Source: Candidatus Eiseniibacteriota bacterium
GTDB lineage: Bacteria > Eisenbacteria > RBG-16-71-46 > CAZAMP01
Direction: 5' to 3'
DNA: 64,000 bases
Assembly: GCA_965224245.1 (NCBI GenBank)
Contig: CBDCYW010000010.1
Coordinates: 1-64,000, forward strand
Of this stretch, positions 41,912 to 50,694 are shown in pieces (within the stretch, counting starts at the first letter, position 1; each line of letters opens with the position of its first letter). The notes under the pieces are model-generated. The model had not been told where the DNA came from. It made no database searches and was given only the letters and a program-made list of their open reading frames with translations. The position numbers and the translations under genes are program-made.

Positions 41912-43895
41912 GACGGTGCATGATCCTGTTCTGAGGACACTTCTCAACTCGTGGGGGGTTCGGGCCTTCCAAGTGATCTGCCCGGAATGGCGAGGAATCG
42001 ACGAATCCGACATGTTCGATATTCAAGGTCGACCAATACTCGAGCCCCTCAAGGACTTCGAGAATGTCTATCTTCTCTACTTCGACGCTTCTCACACCGT
42101 AGACGAGGTAGTCGCCGATCTACGAACCCGGGACGACTATGTGATCTTCGCGCATCCGAACTACCGCGCTCGCGATACTGGGTGCCCGACAATCCCGGTC
42201 TCGATTGGGGAAACACTGTACCATCAAACGGCAACACACACTGGATCCTGGGGCATGAGCAACCCAGGCCTGTTCAGCGAGATTGTGGGCGCCGATTCGG
42301 TTCAAGCGCTCCTGGACACGGATATCAATCTGCAAGAGGCATGGAGTATCTACAACACAGCCACCAAGAAGGTCGCGGTACTGGATCGTGGCATTGACAT
42401 GTGTCATGAGGACCTTCCTGTGGACGCCGTTCTCTCGAAGTGCTTCAGCGGCAACTCCTGCTCGACCGACGAGACGGACCCTCAACGAGCCCATGGAACA
42501 GCAGTAGCGGGCATCATCGCTGCGATTGCAAACAACGGAGTGGGTGTTGCTGGCGTCCTCGGTCACCCGTCATCAGACGATGACCTCATTGTCTCGCTTC
42601 AGCTCAGGTCGGCGGACGGTTCAGGACAGACGGCTCATGCGGCAACCGCGATCAGCTACGCTGTTGGCACGGGTGTGATCCCTGTAACGAACATCAGCAT
42701 GACTTTCGCCGGGGTCCACGTTGACGCACTCAAGCTAGCAATGAAAAACGCGTTTCTCTCTGGAATGACTTTCGCGGTTTCCGGGGGGAACAGTTCGAGC
42801 GATGTGTCTCCGCAAGAGTGGGGGCGGTTTGGCATCGGAACGACCGGGATCAATACTGATGGGAGTGATCCAGGCTGGCGCGAGGGGCCCTGGATCGATG
42901 TGACTGCTCCGGGGCCCGCGGGAGCACCGTTGGGCGTTCAGCAGGGCGTGTACACCACTGCATGGGTCTCGTTCAACCAAGACTGCAAGCGCTATGGGTG
43001 GTTTCACGCCACCTCGTCCGCAGCTCCACACGTCGCCGGAATGGCGGCGCTCATACTGTCCCACGTTCCGATTGCAACGAACGAGGATCTCTTGGAGGTG
43101 ATTACTCGAACTGCCAGGGACCTCGGGCCAACGGGATATGACGAAACCTGGGGTCACGGCCTAGCTCGACTCGACAACGCTCTCTGCTTTGTGACGGAGC
43201 GAACGCTGGTCCATGGCGACGTGTCTGGGGCATACGACCAGCTGACGTTCGTTGAAGATCGCACCCAGACGTTTCTCAACCTGAAGGAGAGTTGGGGGGG
43301 AGAAGGCGACTACTGGGTGGATGTGTATAAGGCGACAAAGTCAGTTGGCTTTCCTAGCAACGTTGAGGATTGCCCAATCAATACTACCCAGGTTTGGGCG
43401 CGAGGTCGTCAATGTTCGGGCTGGCGAAACGAGTCTACGATCGACGTGGCCCTCGACACGACGTGGGGGGGAGTTGTGAATGAAACGATCACTCCCTTTG
43501 GCTGCGACATTTCGACATACTTCTATGAGGTGTTCGCGGACGAGAACGCATCCAGTTCCCTGGGGTGGTTCCCCTACGATCCCGATGATGGGTCGTCTCC
43601 TCCCCTGAGTTGGGGCTACACGTACCTCGTGCTGCCTTCCTGTCCGCAACGGATCGGAGGGAACGCGATCGAGAACCTTCAGGCTCCTACTGTCACAACG
43701 ATCGTGCAAGTCTATGACGTAGCTGGCCGCCGAGTCCGCGAGTGGGACATGGAGGGCCCAACGTCCGCAAGTTCCATCGAGTGGGATGGGCGGCTAGACA
43801 CCGGTCGCCTGGCACCGACTGGTGTATACTTCGTGCGAGCGCGGAACGCCGTAGGTGCAGCAGCAATGAGTCAGCGCGTGCTCGTGGTTCGATGA
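41912..43895 (+). CDS. S8 peptidase with C-terminal FlgD-Ig/T9SS-like domain, 5'-truncated by IS3
   Basis: VAVLDRGID, HGTAVAGII and ATSSAAPHVAG triad present; no signal peptide left of the IS boundary. Confidence 0.85.
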
Positions 43896-45589
43896 TCCTG
43901 GACTTCGCGAGGCCGTCGGGGATGCTAAGGATGTGTCAACTGAGACGTATGGTCTTCTGCTTGGGCTGCCTCTGTCCTGTCTCGACTGGGATCGCAGGTG
44001 TGTCGGACACCACGTGGTTTGGTGGATCGGACCCCAACACGGGCATTGCCGTACAAGGCGGCATCTGGGACTTCGAGGACTGCACGACACAAGGTTGGTC
44101 CAGCGTCGATCGAAGCGACGAGGGGCTCTTCGTGACGCACGTCACACCCGACTCGAACGCCGTGCATGGAGATGGTGACGTGACCGCCATCAATTCCTCT
44201 GGATCAATCTGGTTCGGTGCTCACGCAGACCGCGCAGAGGAAGAGTGTTGGCCAGGCGGTCAGGGCTACGACAACGCCTGGGTACAGGTCGTGCGCAAGA
44301 CGTTCTCATACGGCGGCAGCGGAGACGTCACGATCGAGTTCGACTACTTCGCCGACAGCTCGGCGGGGTTCGACTTCACGTACGTCTACGTCGCGACTGA
44401 TGACGTGACCATCGGTCCACTCAACCCGGGGGCGTGGGGCCCGGGGTATTCAGGTTCGGTTGGGTCGCCGGAGAGCCCAGCGCACGCTGTACTGGTGGCA
44501 AGCGAAGTTGACCTGGCGACAGTCGTGGACTCGTTCGACGTGGTGTTTCAGTTCGAGGCCAACGAGTCTGAGTCGGATGGCTGGGACGCGCTTGGGACCA
44601 CGATAGACACGATTGGCGGGTTCGGTCTCGACAACGTAGGGGTCGTCGGCAACTCGCTGGACGACTTCAGCGACTTCGAACCCGGCGCGATTGGAGGCGC
44701 TGAGCACGATGGCTGGCGCCTTTATGAGGCACCCCCCATTGGCAGTTTCGGAGACGTCGCTACGCTGGAGGACGTCGACACGAACCAGGAGGTGCCGGAG
44801 AGCTGCCCGGTCGTGGGCTGCGTGCTCCTCGCTTCGGATGCGCTCGGGGGTGGGGACCCCCATCCGTACTTGCAGCACGAAACTCTTCGGTCGAATGCCG
44901 TCCCTGCTGTGGAGATGATGGTCGACGCGGTCGTGCTCGAGTTCGATGCATGGCTGAACTGGCCCGACGGGATGGGTATCTTCTTCTATCTCGGCGTCGA
45001 GTACTACCCGTGGACTTGCCCGGAGAGCGGCGTCGTTGGCTGGTCCCCGATACCGACTCTGAGTGCCTCAGGCGTGGCTGCGCCGGCGATCTGCGCCAGC
45101 GATGCAGTCGTGGATGTGACCGGAGACTTGCCGCCGATCGCGCTCGTGGACTCGCTCCGGATCGGGATCATCATGCAGAGATCGTGTGATCCGTTTTCGC
45201 CAAGTTGTGCTCGGGACGCATTCAGTAACGCCCCGTCGCCATTCTTCGACAATCTTCGCGTTGGGTTCGTCCGATCGAGCGTTGGCGTTCCGGACCATTC
45301 ATGGCCAGGGCCGCGTCCATACGAAGTAGTCCCGTCGCACAATCCGATCAATACCGGGGTACTGTGCACGTTCTTCCTGCCGAACGCTGAGTCGGTGCAA
45401 TTGTCAGTGTATGACGTCTCGGGAAGACTGGTGCGCCTCTTGCGCGACGAGGATCTTCCGAGGGGTGAACACTCCACTGGCTGGAACGCAACCGATAGCG
45501 CGGAACGCCGGGTGGCTCCGGGAACGTACTTCCTTCGTCTGAAGACGCCCCACGCGTCGCACACTTCGCGCGTGATTGTGGCCCGTTGA
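43892..45589 (+). CDS. Secreted acidic protein with C-terminal FlgD-Ig/T9SS-like domain
   Basis: Signal-like N terminus; HNP...VYDVSGRLVR...WN......PGTYFLRL. Confidence 0.8.
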   Translation: MILDFARPSGMLRMCQLRRMVFCLGCLCPVSTGIAGVSDTTWFGGSDPNTGIAVQGGIWDFEDCTTQGWSSVDRSDEGLFVTHVTPDSNAVHGDGDVTAINSSGSIWFGAHADRAEEECWPGGQGYDNAWVQVVRKTFSYGGSGDVTIEFDYFADSSAGFDFTYVYVATDDVTIGPLNPGAWGPGYSGSVGSPESPAHAVLVASEVDLATVVDSFDVVFQFEANESESDGWDALGTTIDTIGGFGLDNVGVVGNSLDDFSDFEPGAIGGAEHDGWRLYEAPPIGSFGDVATLEDVDTNQEVPESCPVVGCVLLASDALGGGDPHPYLQHETLRSNAVPAVEMMVDAVVLEFDAWLNWPDGMGIFFYLGVEYYPWTCPESGVVGWSPIPTLSASGVAAPAICASDAVVDVTGDLPPIALVDSLRIGIIMQRSCDPFSPSCARDAFSNAPSPFFDNLRVGFVRSSVGVPDHSWPGPRPYEVVPSHNPINTGVLCTFFLPNAESVQLSVYDVSGRLVRLLRDEDLPRGEHSTGWNATDSAERRVAPGTYFLRLKTPHASHTSRVIVAR

Positions 45590-45602
45590 TTCTGATCGAA
45601 CG

Positions 45603-45628
45603 ACAAAACCCGGCGCAACCGCACCGGG
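45603..45628 (-). terminator. Hairpin/terminator, repeat copy C
   Basis: Minus strand CCCGG-TGCGGTTGCG-CCGGG-TTTT; homologues near 46963-46984 and 48291-48312. Confidence 0.7.
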
Positions 45629-45654
45629 CAAGCAGAACCGTCTGGGGCTGACGG

Positions 45655-45899
45655 CTAGCTCTTGAGCACCGCCCTCAACCGGTTCTGCAACGACCCCTGC
45701 TTGTTCCCGACCTCAGCCCTCGGCCCGATGTGCTTCTCGCAGTACTGCGCGGCCGATTTCCCGATCGACACCTTCAGCTTCTCGGTCGGGATCACCTCCT
45801 CGGTCTCCGGCCGGCCCTTGACGGTGACCCTGAGCCCCTTCGCGGTCTTGACGACGTCGAAGCTGACGCGCTCTGAGACGTGGCGCGGCGACCTCTGAC
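45655..45899 (-). pseudogene. Orphan 3' fragment (divergent) of the 48342-48943 gene
   Basis: VSERVSF..KGRPETEEV..GNKQGSLQNRLRAVLKS aligns with the full gene's C terminus; no start codon. Confidence 0.85.
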
Positions 45900-45905
45900 C
45901 ACGTA

Positions 45906-46889
45906 TCACGAAAGCTCGAACTCTCGAGCCAGCGCCGGGTTCGCCTTCTGCCAATCGGCGAAGAACTCCTCTAGCTCCAGTGCTTCGACGTACCGGCGAA
46001 GAAACTCGGGGACGATCTTGCCAAGCCTGGCTTCCTCGATGTCACGGATTCGGTACTGCGGGATCTTCAGTCGCCGCGAGAGGGTCCGCACGTCGAGACC
46101 GAGCTCTTCGCGGCGGCGGGTGATCTGTGTCGAGAGCGGCATGAAGCGAATGGTGCGCTCCGCATGCTGGGGCGATGGCGTGGCCGCGGGAAACGAGTCG
46201 GCGATCAGCCTTCGAAGCTCCTTGGCGAGCATGGCGACCACTTCATCGGAGACGATTTCACCAGGATCGATGCGCGCGGGAAGCTCGGGCTGATTGGCCG
46301 GACCACGCTCTGTCGGGGACGACGGACGAGGATGCGGCAACCCTTCGCCCTCCACGACGCGGGTGACGGGCCCATCGCAGCGCACGCAGCGCCCTTCGAG
46401 AACGAGGTCGCCGCCCATCATACGTCCGGACTCCAGCGCCATCGACGTTCCGGTCAGGCAGGACGAGCACCAGGCGTTGTTGAGAAGGCGAACGCGAAGC
46501 CCAGGATCGATGGCGTTCCAGATGGGACGTGCCGTCGTAGTGAAGCGAGGTCCGTCAACACCAGGCGAGCTGACAGGTTTCGTCTGACTCAGGTCCCAGG
46601 GAGTTCCTCGCCAGCCGTGGATCGTGCCCTCGTCGCCGCAATCGGGGCATCGCCAGGCGATCTCGTCGTGCCTCGACGAAATGACCGCTTCGATGATGCC
46701 ATTGCAGCGGCGACGGCGGGGACGGCGGCGGCATTGAGGTGGAATGCTGTGTCGGCCGGCGAGGACGGCACTGACGAAGGCGACGATCGAGCCCAGATGG
46801 TCGCGCAGCGCCCGGCCGGCACGACGCGGCGGGATGTGTCCATTCTCGTCGAGAAAGTGGGACATGTCCGTCACGGTGGGGGTCGGCAT
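45906..46889 (-). CDS. Cys-rich two-module protein with C-terminal XRE-like HTH
   Basis: ATG 46889; WRCPDCGDEG, WCSSC..CVRCDG; RREELGLDVRTLSRRLKI..IRDIEEA. Confidence 0.7.
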   Translation of the reverse strand: MPTPTVTDMSHFLDENGHIPPRRAGRALRDHLGSIVAFVSAVLAGRHSIPPQCRRRPRRRRCNGIIEAVISSRHDEIAWRCPDCGDEGTIHGWRGTPWDLSQTKPVSSPGVDGPRFTTTARPIWNAIDPGLRVRLLNNAWCSSCLTGTSMALESGRMMGGDLVLEGRCVRCDGPVTRVVEGEGLPHPRPSSPTERGPANQPELPARIDPGEIVSDEVVAMLAKELRRLIADSFPAATPSPQHAERTIRFMPLSTQITRRREELGLDVRTLSRRLKIPQYRIRDIEEARLGKIVPEFLRRYVEALELEEFFADWQKANPALAREFELS

Positions 46890-47011
46890 GGCCACGTCCC
46901 TCCCCGAGTTGCTAGACGCCGCTTGCCTCGACTGATGAGACAGGAACTTGTCACAACGAGACAACCCGGCGCAACCGCACCGGGTGAGCGAGGCGCCTGT
47001 GGCCGGAGCGG

Positions 47012-47277
47012 CTACCCCTTCATCACCGCCCTCAACCGGTTCGCCAGCGACCCCGCCTTGTTTCCGACGACCTCGCGCGGACCAAGGTGCCGATCGGTGT
47101 AGTCCAACGCCGCCTTGTTGATCGAGACCTTGATCAGCTCGGGGTTCAGCACCTCCTCGGTGTCCGGTCGACCCTTCACCGCGACCTTCACGCTCTTGCC
47201 GCTCTTCTCGACGAGGAACGTCACGCGCTCGGCGACGTACGTTGCGCGGCCGCCGGTGAACTCGCAGGGAACGCCGA
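47012..47277 (-). pseudogene. Orphan 3' fragment (close) of the 48342-48943 gene
   Basis: GVPCEFTGGRA..ERVTFLVEKSGK...NRLRAVMKG is nearly identical to the full gene's C terminus. Confidence 0.9.
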
Positions 47278-47405
47278 CGCAGCGCGGCATCGAGCTGGAT
47301 GAGAAGGCGAGGGGGCTGCTGAAGTACTACCATCGGTGGGCAGCGTGACGTCGTTCGGGTTTTCGGACAGCACGGGATCGACTCACGCTACTTTCTCGCT
47401 CTGGT

Positions 47406-48095
47406 CTACCGAACGCCGCCAACGTGAGCGGGGAGCGTCTCGACATCATGCCGGTACACCGATTTCAGCGTTGCCCAGGAGTGATTCGTGACTGGCACCG
47501 ATCCCGCTCCCCGAAGCTCGACCGCCAGATTCGCCGGCTCCTCGACACCGATCCACGGCGCGTCGTGAGCGGGGGTCCAATCGGCCGGGCCGAAGTAGTT
47601 CGAGCGGAGCACCGCGGGTAGATCAGGTCCGTCCGGCGCATCGGTGGATGTGGACCAGTACCACTCCGGTGGATAGCAGAATTGTGCTTGGATTGAGATC
47701 CAGTAGCGCTCACGCTCGACTAGTGATCCCGGATGGTCGTCCGCCGGGATCTCCACGCAGTACGACCATGGCGCACCGCCGCTCTCCTCGAAACCGGTGA
47801 AGAGCCCGTCGTAGAGCGTGTCGCCCGGAAGGCCGTCGGCGTCCTGGTAGATGCGGATGCGAAACGCATCGGGAGAGCTCGGCTCGAACAGCCCGAAGGT
47901 CCCCCACCACCGTACGGCGAGAAGGTCGCTTGTGTGTTGGAAGTCGTCGGCGACCTCCACGTGAACCCCATCGCAGGGTGGAACGGGCTCTTCCATCGCC
48001 AGCACGCCACCGGTGGGGTGAGGAGGCTGAGCAAACAGCACGGACCCCGGACACGCAACGGCGCCAAGAAGGAAGAGTGGCGAGATCAGGATCAC
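47406..48095 (-). CDS. Secreted protein with SWATLKSVYR tail motif
   Basis: Likely GTG start at 48095 with signal peptide; VADDF, RWWG, YWISIQA. Confidence 0.75.
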   Translation of the reverse strand: MILISPLFLLGAVACPGSVLFAQPPHPTGGVLAMEEPVPPCDGVHVEVADDFQHTSDLLAVRWWGTFGLFEPSSPDAFRIRIYQDADGLPGDTLYDGLFTGFEESGGAPWSYCVEIPADDHPGSLVERERYWISIQAQFCYPPEWYWSTSTDAPDGPDLPAVLRSNYFGPADWTPAHDAPWIGVEEPANLAVELRGAGSVPVTNHSWATLKSVYRHDVETLPAHVGGVR

Positions 48096-48341
48096 GATGA
48101 TGCCCTTCGTATCGACGGTCCGCTGTCGAAGCCGTGACGTTGTCCAGGGTAGCACATCGCGGATCTGCGAGCACCGACGCTGCGCACCCCAAGACCGTGG
48201 ACGAACTGTCGTCAAGACGGCGACTCGTAGCCAGCAACGAAGTGAGCATGTGCGCCTCCCGTCGTGCTTGAGAGCGAACCGCAACGAGAGAACCCGGCAC
48301 AACCGCACCGGGTGAATAAAGCGTCTCTGTGGCCGGCGCCG

Positions 48342-48943
48342 CTAGCCTCTCAGCACCGCCCGCAACCGATTCGCCAACGACCCCGACTTGTTTCCGATGA
48401 CCTCGCGCGGCCCCAGATGCCGATCGGTGTAGTCCAGCGCCGCCTTGTTGATCGAGACCTTGATCAAGTCGGGGTTCAGCGTCTCCTCGGTATCCGGCCT
48501 TCCCTTGATCGCGACCTTCACGCTCTTGCCGCTCTTCTCGACGAGGAACGTCACGCGCTCGGTGACGTCGGTGGCGCGGCCGCCGGTGAACTCGCAGGGG
48601 ACGCCGGCTTTCTTGCAGGCGTCGCGGTAGGGGCCGAGGACGTCGCGGAAGTGGGCCTTGGCGTCGTTGATGAGGGTGTTGGCCTCGCCGCGCAGCGTGG
48701 CGGCCTCGGCCTGCATCTCCCGGACGTTGCGCTCGGCGTCGACGACGGCGGTGCGGAGCGCGTCGAGGTCGGGGGCGGCCGTGTCGCGCGTCGTCGTGGG
48801 CGGTGTCGGTGTTTCGGTGGCTGGCGCGGCCTCGGGGGCCTTCTTGGCCCGTGCCTTCGACGTGCGGCCTGACGTTGCGCCGGTGCCGCCCTTGGTCGCC
48901 TTCGCCGCCGCCGTCTTCTTCGGAGCCTTCTTCTTCGTCGCCA
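48342..48943 (-). CDS. Lys/Ala-rich N terminus + coiled coil + conserved C domain protein (possible DNA-binding)
   Basis: RBS GAGGAGG; MATKKKAPKKTAAAKATK; heptad-like middle region. Confidence 0.8.
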
Positions 48944-49363
48944 TCTCGTCCTCCTCGGGCTGTGTGGCAGGCGCGGCGGAATGCGCGCCAGTGCGACACA
49001 TGCACGCTCGAGCCGGGCGAGGTCATCAAGTCATTTCAGTACAATAAGTTAGCGTGATCTGCGGGGCGGAGGAGCGAACATGCGGGGGAGCGTGGAGGGC
49101 ACAGGAAGCCCCCAGGGCTTCGGGGTCAGCCCGGGCCGCTGGGGGCCGAGTGAGACTCCCCTGCTGCGAAGGAGAGAGACGTCGCAGCGCAGCTTGGGCA
49201 CTGGGGAGCCCGGTCATCGTATCGGTTTTCGGTGCTGGTTGCCTGAGCGAGAGGATGAGGCTGCCGTGTCCTGGGAGCAGGCCAGCACAGGACTTGTTGT
49301 CGTTCCGCTTCCACGGACGGACGACGTATACTTGTCGACCCTACCGAACGTCGGAGGACCGGG

Positions 49364-49762
49364 ATGTCGAGTCGTATGCTTCTCGTGTCGGCGGCAATCC
49401 TCGCTGGTTGTTCATCCGACAAAGAAGTGACCTCTCCGGAAGACACGCCGAACGACCCTCCAAATCACCCACCCATCCTAGAAGCGCAGGCCGATACGAC
49501 CGGCGCCGTTGGGGACACCCTTCGACTCGTCGCGCGGGCCACGGACCCCGACGAACATGTGCTGACATACTCGTTGGTCGTCGAGATTTCCCTGGATGAG
49601 CTACACGAGGGATACGAGGCCAACGTTAGCCTGAACCGCGGCACAGGCGCCTTCTGGTTCGTCCCGTCCAACGAAGATCGACCATCTCGTGCCTTCGAGT
49701 TTCATGTGGACGACGGACACGGCGGAACGGACTGGGACGGGTTCACCGTGTCCACACCGTAG
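49364..49762 (+). CDS. Lipoprotein with cadherin/Ig-like domain
   Basis: Lipobox LAGC; NHPPIL, ATDPD..LTYSL, VDDGHGG. Confidence 0.8.
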   Translation: MSSRMLLVSAAILAGCSSDKEVTSPEDTPNDPPNHPPILEAQADTTGAVGDTLRLVARATDPDEHVLTYSLVVEISLDELHEGYEANVSLNRGTGAFWFVPSNEDRPSRAFEFHVDDGHGGTDWDGFTVSTP

Positions 49763-49863
49763 GCTGCGCGGCAGAAGTCGATGGCCGAGACAGCCCACCC
49801 AAGTTTCGAGTTGATATCCAACGTCGGTACGAGCCGTCATACCCAGGAAGGAGGACCCGCACC

Positions 49864-50454
49864 ATGCCGTACCGTGCCCCCGAGACCATGACCACCGCCG
49901 AGCAGCGCCGCCTCCTCGACGTCAGCGCCGAGAGCCCGAGGCCCCGCGATCACGTGATGATCTCGATGGCGCTCGGCACTGGGCTCCGCCTCGGCGAGTT
50001 GCTCGGCCTGGACGTCGGCGACGTGAGTCCCGACGGCGTCCGCGTCCGCACGCGCGTCAAGCTGCGTGTCGAAACGACGAAGGGCGCGCGAAAGGGCGAG
50101 GTGTTTCTGCCGGATCGGGTCGTCGAGAAGCTGACGCGGTTCCTGGCGTGGAAGTCCATGATGGGGGAGCCGCTCGATGCCGACGCGCCGCTGTTCATCT
50201 CGTCGTGGGGGAGGCGGCTGTCGGCGAGGCGGACGCAGATGATGTTTCGGCAATGGCAGGCGCGCGCGGGCTTCGACAGGTTCTACTGCTTTCACTCGAC
50301 CCGGCATGCCGCCATCACGAACGTCTACCGAGCGAGCCGCGATCTCTTCTTGGCGCAAAGGTTCGCACGACACGCGTCGCCTCTCACCACCATCATCTAC
50401 ACCTACGTGTCGGATGAGGAGATGGCGGAGAGGGTGAGGGGGTTGGCGTGCTGA
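49864..50454 (+). CDS. Tyrosine recombinase (catalytic domain only, 196 aa)
   Basis: TGLRLGELLGL, HSTRH, RHASPLTTIIYT; RBS AGGAGG. Confidence 0.92.
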   Translation: MPYRAPETMTTAEQRRLLDVSAESPRPRDHVMISMALGTGLRLGELLGLDVGDVSPDGVRVRTRVKLRVETTKGARKGEVFLPDRVVEKLTRFLAWKSMMGEPLDADAPLFISSWGRRLSARRTQMMFRQWQARAGFDRFYCFHSTRHAAITNVYRASRDLFLAQRFARHASPLTTIIYTYVSDEEMAERVRGLAC

Positions 50455-50694
50455 GTATCGGGAAGGACCGCTAGTCTTCGCCTCCGCCGTAGAGACCTCA
50501 GCGAGACCTGATGCCATAGAACGACTCTTCGCGTTTGCGCGCGATTTGTCCTTCATTCGGCGGCCGTGGCTTCTTGCGTCTCAGTCCCGTTGTCGTGTAC
50601 GGAGGGGCTCCAGCATCTGTCGGCCCAGTATCCTCAAAAGCGTCACGGATTAGGTTACACTTCTCAGATAGACCACCCATCAAGGAACAGTCCG

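Noticed and set aside
40758-43895. 1045-aa ORF as a single protein
   Set aside because: The first ~385 codons are the antisense strand of the IS3; only 41912 onward is the S8 peptidase.
45603-48312. Three ~22-bp repeats as CRISPR or attC sites
   Set aside because: They are ~1.3 kb apart, each follows a stop codon of the same gene family, and there are no cas genes or GTTRRRY cores; they fit terminators.
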